A DNA stretch of 64,000 nt from Takakia lepidozioides. Its lineage: Eukaryota > Plantae > Bryophyta. Below, one piece after another: positions 1-13,293 of this stretch. Made by a program: the position numbers and the translations under genes. Under the pieces are notes generated by a model. That model searched no databases, was not told the origin of the DNA, and worked only from the letters and a program-made list of their open reading frames with translations. Location of the stretch: assembly GCA_030704615.1 (NCBI GenBank), contig CM060731.1:22010001-22074000 (forward strand). Reading direction: 5' to 3'. Within the stretch, counting starts at the first letter, position 1. Every line of letters begins with the position of its first letter.

Positions 1-2001
1 ATATGAGAAACGTTGGAGAGTCACAGCTTTATTAAGATGGTTTCTAATTTGGGTTTGCATGAAAGACATTGACACTCGACCAAGTCCAGTTTTTATGCTA
101 CAACAATCAAGGTGCTACAGTTAGAAAGGGACAAAGGACAGTATCTGCAGAAACCATGTAGAAACACCTGATCACTTCGCCATTGACATAGGCTGCCATT
201 GCTACAATATAACACAGGGAAAGAATGCCATCGGGCTACATGACTGTAGCTGATGTTGATTCATCCGAAAGTTTTTCTTTGTATGGAGAGTTAATAGTGA
301 GAGAAGGGAGAGTCAGGTATAGAGCCAGAAAGTCTAAGGCCCATCGAATTAAGTATATCAACAGTGGGTTCCTCACATTTGATAGGTATATTGAAACATC
401 CCCGGTAAAGAAGAGTATGTGAGGTGAAAACAAAGGCATCAGAGCAAAACCTAAAGAGAAATGACATGAAATGAAATGGTGCTTTACAACGTCCACGGAA
501 AACTCATAGAGCTTATGGGACAAAATGGAAGAAAACATGAGGAACAAATCCAGAGAAAGAAACAACAATACATAACAAGGAAGGAAATGAGAGAATGTTG
601 TCTCATCACTTACAGTGTCAATCCAAGTGATATTAATGAACTACATATAACAGTGACCAACTGTTATAACCCCCCACTTACTTGACAGGTTCCAACAGAG
701 GGTGCAGCCATACTGAGTTTCTTTCTCAGATTTATAGATAAAACCAGACAGGAAAACCACGGAGTGCAGTAGACAGACAGGCATGACTTTTGGGACATAA
801 TTGGGCTAAAATGAGCTCACAACTTTGCCCGTGGAACCAAGTAGAACCAAAGTGAATGTCCTCATAAGACTTTCATAGTGGGTGCAGCACCAGGACTTTA
901 GGCTCAGCCTGAAGATTTTGAAAGTTGGTGAACAGAGGTGCCGAGACAATGTTCTTGATTCTCCTGAAGAGGGTCACTCTCTGGTGAGAATATCCCAGAC
1001 AATGTATCAGATAATGGATACCTGTCTACCAGACAATTACAATCTGCACTTCCCATCTGCTTATTGTTCAAAGGTAGAAAACAAGATAGACAAGCAAAGT
1101 GGGGCCGTCAACAACAGATACTCTCCAAGGTGGAGAACACCTCTCTCAGGAATTGGCTGTCTCTGAATAGGTAAAAGTGGCAGCCCCAGATTTCGCAATA
1201 GAGAGGGCTGTGAAAGAAGAAATGTTCTTCATCTCTACGCTCAGGCTATGTGAACCCATCCTGAGTTATCCCAATACAAGAAGAGAGAGGGCGAACAGAC
1301 AAGCAATTGAACCGTAGGATCCTGTCCTTGCAGAGGACAAGAAGAGGGGGTTCCACTTATTTCCAGGTCCTATAATGAGTCTTTTCCTGCTGTGCTTGAA
1401 ATTATTTCCAGACATCATGGGTCTTTGGGAGAGAGAATGTACTCACAAAACGTTGTTTACTGTAGCCTTGGGAGAGAGAGAGCGTACTCATGGCGTTCAC
1501 AGCAAACGTTGGCTTGCCATAGCCTTAGGGCCATTGAAGAGAAGAGAGATAGAGAGATTCTACTCTTCCACACTTCTGAAAGGAATATAACAGTAACTCT
1601 TTACTTTTGTAATCTGTATGTGGGTGATATCAAACCACCATCTGTACAGCAGTAATGGTTGAAGGTGGAAGGGTTGCAAAGGCTTAGAAAAATTGTGCCT
1701 GTTTGCAACCCACCTGCAGACTAGTGTTTGTATCAGATCTGTCCAAGCTATCTACAATCTACTATACAGAGTCCCCAGTACCTCAATCTCTGTCGAGAAA
1801 TTACTCCTCACCCCAAGTCCACTATGCAGTTTTCATTTGCCTTTACTACTGTTATAGTAGGAATAAGCACCCTAGCCACCCACACACTCTGGTTGTTGTC
1901 CTGCCTTCAACAATTGCCATGTGATATAGCAATGCCACAGAATTGAAAAGGGAGACTAAACACCAGATGCGAAGAGAAGAGGGAAAAGTGGGAGCGAGTC
2001 A

Positions 2002-5000
2002 TCAAAATGACTTTCGGCTCACGACATTACCAGAGAGCAAATATCGGAAAGTGAAATCGAATGGAACAATCTCATAGTTGCGGGTGCTGAGAATCCGGTG
2101 TCGCCGCTGCTGTATGCATTCAAAGACGACTGCAATTTGAGAGATGGGAAGAAAGTTACAGACCCAATCTAAGAGTTCACTATCTTCTATCACTTCACGT
2201 GCGTAGCAGTGTAACAGCTTGGGCACCAGAAGCTTCCCCTTAGTTGAAATACCCACTGCTGCCCTTGAATAATCATGGAGTGCGAACTTCAACTCCTCAT
2301 GTACATACTCAGCTGTGTAGACACGCACCTGAAAACAAAACCCCAAAAGTCCAACACTGCAGCAGTGAAAAACTGCATGAGAAAATAATCAAAAGGTAGA
2401 AACTTCCTTTTTGGCATCAGGCACAATCCATGGCTGAGTGGAATTGGATCTCGACGACCAAGATCTCCTGAGGGCCAGGACCACAATGCCTATTCAGGGA
2501 GGGCCCAAATGTAGCATCATTCAGTACCCTAACATTCAAGGGAATCAAGTTTACTGAAACTTTTGAAGTGGGTATGGGAATCAACTCTTCTTCAGATTCA
2601 CAAAATCTACGCATTCCAATTACTAAAAGGTTATGGATTTGGACCACTGTATCCACCTTAACTAGAGCCAATCCATAGACAAACACAAAATTATTAAGCA
2701 CAGAACTTCTAACTACCAGCTTCATCTGGCGCTTTACATGGAGTCCTATAAACGACAAAGCACATTTAGCTCAAAGAAAACATGCTGATATTCAGTAGGG
2801 AAGTCGAGTTCATGACTGCTTTTGTAAGTTTACAATGCGAGTGCAACGTCACAGCCATCACTTTGCTAAACTGTGTGATACTGTTATGGTTGAGAAAGGA
2901 CAGGAAGGAAAGGACCTTACTAGGAAATGAAATGAAATCGTACTTATTAGGACCTTATTAGGAAGAAAGAAAACCTATTTGAGAGAAAGGAAATGATACT
3001 TTAGACCTTCCGCATAGACAGAGAGAAAAGAGAAAGGATCTGTACCATGGGGGAGGATCGAGCACCACAAGAGAGGGCAAAGTTGATGAGAGGCTCTGGG
3101 TGAGCTATAGCAAATTTGCTTTGCTCTTCTGTCAGCTTATTCTTATGCAGTGCCATCCAAAGAGTCTGCTTTCATGCATGGAGCCCCACCACCATTTCCC
3201 ATCATATGTCACTGGCAATGCGCTACTAAAGAAACAGCAATATTGACAAGTTTTGAAACATTACTGACAGGGAGACACTTGGAAGAACCTGAACCATGGT
3301 TAAGAGAATATTCAGTGTTGGGCACTAACAAAACATTTGCAACTCAGTTTTCCACTCTTACTGAAGACTCACAAATTGAGGCCGATGAGACATTAATTTT
3401 CCTTTGAGTAGACAAAACTCCATGGTAGCAGCATTGAATGAATGACCTCCCACATTGTATGATGCCTGCATGTTCTCACCCAGGAGACAAAGATTTTATT
3501 CCTTGGAGGGATTATGGAGGCAATCCTGCTTTACACTGAAACAGAGAGAAAGATAGAGAGAAACAAGAAATTAAGTACCTAACAGCGAATATTGCTTAGA
3601 AGGAATTGAAGTATAGTACCTTTTGCAGCAGAGAGAAGAATTTGAGGTCACTTCTTGGGATGCCATATGCAAGGAAAGCCTGGAAACAGCCAGTGCACAA
3701 TTCTATTTAGACACTACGACAACCACCACCTTTGTGTTCAAGAGAACAAGACCTACCAGATGCTCCTGTGCTTACAATCTTTGCAACGACACTAAACCAC
3801 AGAAACCAGATTGACTTTGGCAGCACTCTTTGGGAAAACAATCAAGATAGGTACATGTACCCTCTACAAAGACACTGGTGGGGTCGGTTACATCATGAAT
3901 TGAGGAGCAGAGACCATGTCAAACAGCATCAAACGAGTAGTAGCAGGTAATATATCTCAAAAAGTGACAGAAGCCTAGTACCATTTCATGCTCTAACCCA
4001 ATCCACAGCAGACCCACAGATACAGGTACATCTCAATGGGTAGAGTCTTACATGCATCAGCAGGGCATTGTAAAGATTGATCCAGAAGGCTAGCTTTTGA
4101 TCATGAGATAAAAGTGAAGGGTCAATTTTCGATAGCTGCTCCACTAACAATCTGCCCTTCCATCACCACCTCCCAATCAGCATCCATACATTCTGAAGAC
4201 GGGAATAAATCACACCAGACTCAGAGATCAGAGAAGAGCAAGCAAGACAAGACAGGAAACAGAATATGTCACCAAGATAACAGATGGAATTAACAAGAGA
4301 ATTTACCTGAACTTGCCTAGACTATGGGCGGCATATCCAAGTTGTTCCTTGCCCACAGACAACCATGGAACCTCAAACACATTGCTATAAGGGCCAATGT
4401 CAGCCCACGGCAGTTTTCCCCTTGATTTATAAGGGTCAGGGCCAGCCTCCGTCCCCATCACATCCTCCTTGCTACCGAGATTCACCAAAGGGCTCTGCGC
4501 AAATGTCAATGGAGATGACGGCGGCGAGGATGTGAAATGCCTTAATGGGGAGGTTGGAGAAGACATGTTGCCAGAGGGAGAGCTCTTTGTGACACCTGTG
4601 CCAGCAAGATGCCAATATATGTCGACCATACATTGAACCATCTCTTCTGACAATCTATTTGGATTTTTTGATGGCTCTGTCCATCTACTACCTACATCTG
4701 CCCTTGTGCCAATCGGCGATCTTTTTGGAGAAATCGATCGGCCTGTCTTTATCTGGACAAAGAAGAACCTTTGAGAATTAGAACATGTCCCTCGCAAAGT
4801 AGACAGCAAACTATAGAACAGATATCAATTTACAGGGATGTGCATATGTCTGTCAAAATGTTTCCAGCATGCCCACTCAAGAGTTCTCTCTCATACAATG
4901 TAGGTCTGGCACATAGGGGAAGATGGGACTATTGCTAAGGAAAGTAAACCCCGACTAGCACCACAGCATTTTTACAACCAACTATATACCCAGCCAAGTC

Positions 5001-8000
5001 TATAAGAGGTATGACAGATACCGAAGAATTGCTAGATGAACCAGAAGAGCTGAATTTGTCCAAATATTCCCTGTTTTTCTTGCTTCGATGCTCACGAACC
5101 CTTAGGATACCAATACGGTACTTGCTTCGCGGCTGAAAGACACCAGAATAGAGTTTTAACCTATTCAGTGATGTTACACAAACTTCTGCTCTTTCTACAG
5201 AAGCCTTCACAACCATTGACTTCTCTGTTCCTTCAGGATTGCAGAAACAACTATTATCCCTCTCTCTTTGTACCATTTCATTTGTTTGTTGGGCCATAAA
5301 CTCTTCAACCTTCCTGTTGAGCCTCTTTCCATGAATGTTCTTTTTTTTCCTTCAATTTTTGCTTTCCATATCTCTCCAGCAATAGAGAGGACTTGAAAGT
5401 AGTACCTCAGCTGCTGAGAGTACCGACTCAGATTGGTCATCGCACGTGAATTTGGCCGAAGCAATCTCACTAGAAGAGTGATCATCTTCTTGGAAAAAGC
5501 TCCAGAAATCAAGCCTCTTGGAAGGTGGCGATAGCTTAGGCTCAGAAGAGACTGGATGGGTCAAGATGTTCTTCTCAGGAACGGCAGGCGATGCAGGCTG
5601 TAAATGTACTTTAGGAGGGGTAAGCAATCCATGTTTCCATCCATTTTGTTCAAATAGGGCTGCTGGTGATGCGCATGCTTCATCCACTTCAGGCATGACA
5701 GGGACTGACAGGCGAAGAGGTGAAAGGGATCTGCCATCCTGTGCACAGGTTCAAACATTTTGCTAATGCACTCAGAGACATACTTCTGTTCAGGACAATG
5801 CAAAAGGCTCAATTCTACACCTTCTCACTGCAAATCAGGGATCAAGCTCTTCCATACCAAATGAATTTTCAGGAAAATGTGACCACTATGAAGCAGAAAC
5901 AACCCAAGGGAACCCCAAACCACCATGCTCACAAGCCACGATGACAGACCGTCTTTGAGAGCTGTCGAGGTGATTGTGAACGCCCATTCTGTCGGGGCCA
6001 CCGGGACCATAGACTCTGCTTAGGTGATGACAGGCGTTGATCGCGTTCCTTTGTGACAGGGCTTGTGGCCTGGAGATGCTCCTTGAGGGTAACGGGTGCC
6101 TTTTCTTGTGCATTTGACTGCTCTTTTGGCGGAGGTTCTAGGGAGGGGCCATTCAGGCGAGAGGATGGACACTGCTGGCGAGTCAGTTGCAATAAAATTT
6201 CAGGCATTTGGGTAAGGTGGTGTTCTATGATTTCTCGCTCTGTCCGCTCATGACCCACTTGCCTCTGCAGAGCTGTGGTCTGTTCCTCAAGTTTCCAGAC
6301 AGCCACTTCCAGCCCCGCAATCTCTGCCAGCAGCTCCTGCACCTGCATCCATGCCCCAATCTTCTTCACTGTGAACAATTGCAAATAGTGGGCAGGGCAG
6401 GAGACAGGATTGCTTCTGACTTAAAAGCAGGACTGAACACACCATGAATGACATCTCCTAGTGACACTATTTGGAAAGGCACCATCCATTACCCTAAGAG
6501 GAAGATGATGGGGGAATTTGGACAGAGCTCCCGAGACATGTGCCAAAGCCCTTTCCAAAGCTGAATGCAACTCCAGTTCCTCCTGCAGCCGCTTATGCAA
6601 GACCAAGACCTGCACGCAAGGATTTGTCAGCCACATGTTAAGAAACAGATCCATTCCTGTGCTTTGAAAAAGAGGCAAAAAGAAGAGAAATAATTCTTGT
6701 CCACAAGAGGCCACAAGAGGCCACAAGAGCCTTGCCATCAAGTCCTCATGTAACACAATTAATGCCAATTTGGAAATGGCGAGAGAGAGCGGGCCAAGAG
6801 TACCTTAAAACATACAACTTCAAACACAAAACCAAGGAAGACACTGAGCAGAGGACTCACTTCATCTTCCAGCTCAGAGCGATGTGCAACTCTTTCAACT
6901 GTTTTATTGCACACCAACTGTTTTAAAGCTTCTCCATCAACCTCCTGTTAGCAAGGGACAGAAATGACAATGACTTCTTAATAAGAAGAGTGTCACACTT
7001 TGCACTCCAAGCACCACCTTTAACTTGAACACAATTCCCAGATGTAAACATTCCATCCCTGGAACAACCAAAAATGAAGGTTTCCTAGTAGTATAATAGT
7101 CGCAAAAAAAGGCATGCCTTATCATGGTGAAAGCCTATGTTGAAGAGGAGTAGATCTAAAAGGATTTTAGACTGTTCGAACCTCTTTGGGAGGTGCAGTA
7201 TCCAGGAACTTTTCAATATGGCAGACCTTTGAGACAGGAGAGTGGCGACCCTTATGCTTCTTGTGAGCTTGCTTCTGTATCGTGCTGCACAACCCACACA
7301 TTCTTGTTGTAAATGACACCCAGAGAAAGTCAAATCCCAAATAGGTCGTTAAGCTTCAGTCTACAAGACTCCACAATGTAACTCTCCAGTGTAGACCGCA
7401 GCTGGGGGAGAGACACATACATACCCCTCCTGTCTCCTCCCTTTTTCCATTTACTGCATACTACTTTATTTTGAACGGTAAGTTCTTTGACCTCCCTGAG
7501 GACATTATCAAATTTCTTTCCTTCTTTCTTTTGCCCAGAAATGCTTGACCGCATTTTACATGAGTGTCTCCACCTCGGCATCTCTAGATGTTTGGGCTGC
7601 TTGTTGAGGGCTCCACTTTTCTTCTATAGGGCTTTCTTTTCTCCAACAAGCTCCTTGACTGTCGTGCTGACATTCTTAAAGTATTATTTCATTTCATTTT
7701 TCTTCCCCTCCCATACCAAAATTTTTCTCCTGAACAGGCAGCCTGGTGGTTGTTTGTTCAGTCCTTCAATCATCCATTGACCCCTTGGGCAGTGCCTAGA
7801 GAGGTAGGCTCTTTACATTCACTTTGAGTCATCTTTCCTCCTAAAAGAATTGCCTCGCCCTCTTGCATCCAAACCAGATCGCATGTTCCTCGACCTTAAA
7901 GAAACAAGCGTGGAAAGTAGAATTTGTAAAACAAAACCGCCAGCCTGCATGGCTCTTCAGACAAGGGATTAAGCAAGTTACCTCTTGCAGACAGGCCTGG

Positions 8001-8770
8001 TGTTGCCTGGGATCGTATAAATAACACAATCATGCACCTCCGTTGTCTGACGAACCATCTACATGAACGCAGAAAGAACTGATAACTGAGACGGCATCAA
8101 TTCCACAGTAAAAGCAGTCTCAGATTAAGACTCAAGTTGGAGGGTTCAGCCCACCCAGCGACGGCCCTTCACTATGCACTCCAGTGCTTACATTTAGATT
8201 CCCTACATATCACTGATGATTGTTCCAGGAATTTGAAATGAACCTGGCCCACCCTAAACATGTCCCGGCGATAACTCACTAAAAGAACTTACCGGTCGCC
8301 CTGGAGACCAGCGACAAGCTTGGCCCTGACTATCTGCTCTCCATTTACCCTGCATGTACGTCACGCAGACTGTAAAGAGTTTGGCTGAATGCTGCAAGCC
8401 ACATTTTCCCCAGACACGTCCACTAGCCTCAATTAGCATTGCAGCCTCGCAGAGTCTTCCCGCACTCAATGCGCGGGCAATCGTCATAGCCAAGCAGCAT
8501 CATATCACTCGTCCATAGACATGATGACTATTATGACCTGAGAACAACCCATACATCAAGCACAGAGGGAAGAGGGGTTGGAGAGGGTGGGGGGTGGGCG
8601 GTGCGTCCACTGGATTGCCAGTGTACCTCTAGATCCACCTGGAAATCAGAAGGGGACGGAGTAGAGATGCCGGCCTCCACTGTTCGGGAGATTATTGGCG
8701 ACAGGCAACAGTTCTCCAGGCCACCTGTGGCCCGCATCACTTCCATCCCATAAACTGACGACTCCAACAT
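2002..8770 (-). CDS. Lzipper-MIP1 + DUF547 domain protein, 14 coding exons (~822 aa)
   Basis: Phase-consistent GT-AG exons 8770-8627, 8058-7982, 7894-7823, 7284-7182, 6944-6861, 6609-6493, 6342-5950, 5738-5406, 4752-4307, 4151-4052, 3679-3620, 3465-3373, 3165-3046, 2328-2002. Leucine zipper (LQEELELHSALERAL...VQELLAEIAGLEVAVWKLEEQ), NPNRLSEEMVQCM, and DUF547 motifs KLAFWINLYNALLMHAFLAYGIP, PEPLINFALSCGARSSP, VRVYTAE, VPFDFTFRYL. The four 5' exons are less certain. Confidence 0.88.
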
Positions 8771-10271
8771 GAATGCCCTGTTGTCTCCCTCCTCCGGCTT
8801 ACCATCCACTTCGTCCGACACACTTCATTCAAAATTCGTAGAGGAAAATTCAGTAGACTCGACTGATACCCCCTGAGAGAAACGGTTCGAATTTCAACCG
8901 AACAGACGAAATATGGCTGAGGAGCGCGGACCGAAGTTCAGAGAACAAGCCCGAACAAATGTGAAGCACGCCAGCTGAGCTGGAACTGAGGAAGCAAACA
9001 GCTAAAGGTACCCCTGCCCAATTATGCTGTCTCTTTACCCCGCAAGTACAGCCCACAACTTCTGGAAAGGTCTATGCTTGATTCTTCACGACTTAACGTT
9101 CACACATTACATGCATGATTCACCTCAAAAACATGCAATCTAACGACGAGAAGCCGAAAAACTACCAGAACTCGCAGCCTTGATGCTCAACGACATGCAA
9201 CACAGCGCGAGCTGGAAAAACAAAGGTGGATACTTATGATAGCAACTAGAACAGCAGATTAAAAAAAATACAGGGAATGTGTGACTTCAGATGCTGGATG
9301 TCCAGCTCTACTTTGCCATTCCAAGCTCAACCATCAGAATCGCGCACAAACGAAAAAAGGACAGGAGAGTGAGTGTACGTCTCCCGTATGTCTCTACTAA
9401 AAAAAATGGTGGCCCCTAACTCCTATCCTCGCATAGGAAAAGAGTCGCCACTGAGGATTGCAAGAAAAAAGCAGGTGCAGGTCCGAGAACAGCTCGAGGA
9501 CAGGCTATGAGACGATTCTGCTGAGAAGACAAGCTGCTATACTTTTCAGGATCCATGAAGGCAAAGGCTGGTACAGACTGAGCATCAGAATGCATGCAGG
9601 GGGGGTTCGTGAGGGAGAGAGAAAGCGCAGCCACCAACGCGATCTCGGCAACACGAGTCTGGTACGCAAGCAGGCCGCCCGCACACGAGTCTCGGGGGGG
9701 CGACATGGCGTGTCTTGTACCCAAGGCAGCTTCCCAGGGGGCCCGCTTTCCCAGCCGCACTAAGTTATTCACTTACCTTAATCTAAACCGGGCATGCGCC
9801 CGCAAAATCTATTAAATGCTGTCCGGGCCCACACGGGCAGCCACGCGTTCAACTGCTAACCCCTCTGCGACTCAGTCCAAAACCCGCGGTCACAGTGCTC
9901 CGTTCGATGCTGTCTTTTCGATGAAGCTCGTGGATGATAACGCGGATGTAGATCGCGGACTGGATGAAATCGTTCACCGCGCTGCGTGGCCGCAGGAAAA
10001 CAGCGAAACGTGGCCGCATTCGGACAGACCGCGTCACGCCCGCTATGTTTGGGGACCGCGCCGCGGCGGCTCGAGTACGGCCACGTCCACGACCCTTCTC
10101 GCGCTGACTCCCATGTACCTGGGAACATGAGCTTCACGTCCCCGGAGGTGTGAGGGGTGACCCCTCACTGGGTCAACCCGAGGGCCGCACGCCAAGCACC
10201 GACCTTATGCAAGAAACAAAGAATGCAACGTGGATGAGGATTAGTTGCTATAAATGGGACAGGGGCCACCC

Positions 10272-10600
10272 GCCCCTAGCTGAGTTGGATAGAGCACACA
10301 CCCTGCTGATTTGATTCTTGGTTCCCATCCTGCTACCTTGTCCCCAGTGGTAGAAAGAGGACTAAGTCCTGAGGAAGCTAAATTTTAGTGCAATCAATTC
10401 ATCCCCAAGGACTACTGCCTTCTGTTGGAAAGTGGACCAACCATAGATCACCTAGGTTATGCACAGGCAAGGTGCAAAACACCCTCTTCTCCGCGTTCAC
10501 TTAGGCGGTGTCGCTAATCTTCTCCTCCTTCCATGGTCGGTGTGCTCGTGGCGCCTTGTGGTGAGGTTACTTTGAAAGAGGTTATTTTCTCCTCTACATA
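10272..10600 (+). mobile_element. tRNA-derived SINE copy
   Basis: Pol III A-box TAGCTGAGTTGG and degenerate B-box GGTTCCCATCC followed by TGCTACC. Shares GGTGAGGTTACTTTGAAA(A)GAGGTTA with the copy at ~17.6 kb. Confidence 0.6.
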
Positions 10601-10892
10601 TATGTGGTGAGGGGTCGCTTGCTCCTGAAAAAAGATAGGGGATTTTTCGAGTCCCGGCCCATTTCGGAGTCCTTAGTCCTTACTCTCTTGTCGTTTTATT
10701 GGCCCTGCCATGCATGGAATGACAGTTGGGCACCAGTTCCTTATGCATTATTTAAAAATTCGTAAAGCAAACCAATCTAAGTTTATTATACGGACAACTT
10801 TGTCATGGCACTTTGTCATGGCATTAGCTTTAGAGCAAGATTTTTGCATAAACACAAATATCTTAGAGAAAGACTTTTGAAAACAAATAATC

Positions 10893-11400
10893 ATGTTCCC
10901 AAGTGAGGCAGCAGAACTCATACTCAACAAATTGCCCACCCGTAAATTTTTTCCCAATTTTGTTCAGTTTGTAAGCATTGGAATGACATCATTTCTTCTC
11001 GAATGTGTTTGGTTGGCAAATCTCTCCCAGATCTTCAAGAACATTGGATGATAAACTTTGCAAACGGTCTCCATCTAGGTAACCTATATGCATACAATCC
11101 ACAAATGGATAAGTGGCACTCTTGATCGGCCAACAAATAGTTTCAATCAGTTTCCATTTGAATAGCTGGCACATGGGAATCTTGTCTGTATGGGTGATGG
11201 ATGTCTCAACAAGTCTTGGATTTATGGAAGGATTGTTGTTTGTGATCCATTTGCTCAAAGTATGGCATGAGTTGACCCCCTTGCAAAGTTGGGGAGTAAT
11301 AAGGGGTATGATTGTTGAACCGGTGACAAAAAGCATTCCAGATTCTTGCCACAAATTTCGTTGCATTCAATGATAATCACACTGCATATAGGCTTACATG
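10893..11400 (+). pseudogene. Degenerate F-box (kelch/FBA-like) protein pseudogene
   Basis: Reading across frameshifts gives MFPSEAAELILNKLPTRKF/FQFCSVCKHWNDIISS (F-box), LYAYNPQMDKWH, GNLVCMG...RIVVCDP/LLKVWHELTPL. Contains in-frame stops. The 3' extent is uncertain. Confidence 0.65.
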
Positions 11401-12814
11401 TGCATAATTGTACGTTGGAGCATTATCGCTCCTCCTAGTCTTTTTGTAACATCAGATCGTTGCTCTGTCTACTATATTCCCAGTTTTTCTTTTTGGATCA
11501 AAATGACTGTTTGTTTGCTTTTGATGTTGAGCAAGAAGAAATTAAAAAGAAATAGCGAGTGATGGATAGATCTTTCTCTTCACCATAGAAATTGATGATT
11601 ATGGCGGAGATTTCAGTATTTGGGCATTGAACAACGCTATGAAGTGGCAGATGGTAGCCAAGCCAGCACAAAATATCTCGACTGAATGTTTTCAAAAGTT
11701 AACATCGACTTGGATGATAGTGTTTTTGAAGTCAATAGGCAACCATTCAATCTATTTGAAGAACTCTTCCCTACACCCAATTTTACATTTTATATGACCA
11801 AAGAAGAAGATGAGCAAGGCCTTGTCACTGTCTTGTTCCCATCTTTGAAACCCTTTTTTTTTTTCATCGGAAATTTCTTCAAAAGTTTATGAAATTATCA
11901 TGATAACTTGCCTACTAGTGACAATTACTAAATTCAGTTTTTATTCCATACACTCAAAGCAGACACCCTCTTGTTTAATTATTTATAAAATATTAAATAA
12001 AAATAAAAGATTATCTACATATTGTGGCTACTTGGTTTAAGGTGTGAACAAATCATTTGATCAACAATGTCATTATGAAAATGATGATGATGTTATTGTC
12101 ATTCGCGTAAAGATATTTACCTATAAGTTGATGATTAGTATTTCTCATCACGTCTAATACGTTGACCGCGGTTTAATTGTTTCTCCAATTTATCTCATGT
12201 GATGATTTTAAAATAGTTTTTATCATGGTTAGTTGTGCAAATTGGACTCCATTTATTAATTATAGTGGATCCAAGTTGTAGTGGGCACATACCACCTGAG
12301 AAGTGACCACCTCAGAGGCGGCTATGGATTCAATCCACCGATTAGTGTCACAAAGGTGTCCACCTTCCGGTGGAAAGACAGTAGTCATTTGGGGTGAAGA
12401 GACACCATAATTTATGCTTCCTTCGGGAGGCATCATATAGTATTATTATGGCAGATCAGTTTTTATGGAATGCTCCTAGATAAAATTGCACTATCATTTG
12501 TGCTACCATATTATTGGTGTAATTACTATTGCAACTTCTATTTGTGATGTGAACATCTGTAGATCTACCGCTAGATAAATTGGTATATTATTTTGGGGCT
12601 AATATAATTTCGGTCAACTTGAGCATACAGTGGGAGGTTATTGCTCGTGACCACATTTTGCACCGAGCTACCAATTATAGCAGTTATGTTAGGAAGAATT
12701 TTCAGGGCCCGTTGGTGGTGTTGGTGCTCGAGAGCAGCACTGGGCCAGCATGTACAAATTTTGCCACTGCTGGGACGACACGAATGGCTGGCGAGTCGTT
12801 CAGAGTGGGCATAG

Positions 12815-13292
12815 ATGGCAATTTTTCCAACACCACACGAGTCCCAGTTTTTGCTTTACATTAGAGAAGTGAAAGGAGAAGGCGATGGGGAGCCGAGCCC
12901 AGATTGGATCAAGGGGATTTTGGAGAAATACCAGGATGTGATGCCGGAGGATTTACCAAGCGGCTTGCCACCGCGAAGAGGAGTTGACCACAAGATCGAG
13001 GTGATACCGGGATCAGAACCGCCTGCCAAGGCGCCCTACCGGTTGAGCCACAGAGAGTTGGTCGAGCTGAAGACTCAGCTCAAGGATCTAATGTCAAAGG
13101 GATACATCCGGCCGAGTAAGTCACCTTACGGAGCCCCGGTGCTATTCGCAGACAAGAAGGATGAGACGCTGCGGATGTGTGTCGATTACAGGGCTTTGAA
13201 TAAGGTGACTCTTAAAAACCGGTACCCTTTGCCAAGGATCGACGACCTTTTCGACCGATTGGCAGGAGCGAAGTATTTCAGCCGGATCGACT
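12815..13292 (+). mobile_element. Ty3/gypsy pol fragment (N-terminal part of reverse transcriptase)
   Basis: [80 protein letters not shown]. Truncated abruptly at ~13292. Confidence 0.95.
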
Positions 13293-13293
13293 A

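Noticed and set aside
1-1950. Short ORFs and minus-strand splice-donor-like sites (e.g. ~682) suggesting another gene
   Set aside because: I could not build a phase-consistent exon chain or a recognisable protein. It may be UTR or intron sequence.
6701-6731. CCACAAGAGG x3 tandem repeat
   Set aside because: Trivial intronic slippage repeat.
9416-10170. GC-rich ORFs and the palindrome GTGAGGGGTGACCCCTCAC (10150-10168)
   Set aside because: No protein motifs; probably promoter sequence of the DUF547 gene. The palindrome has no supporting context.
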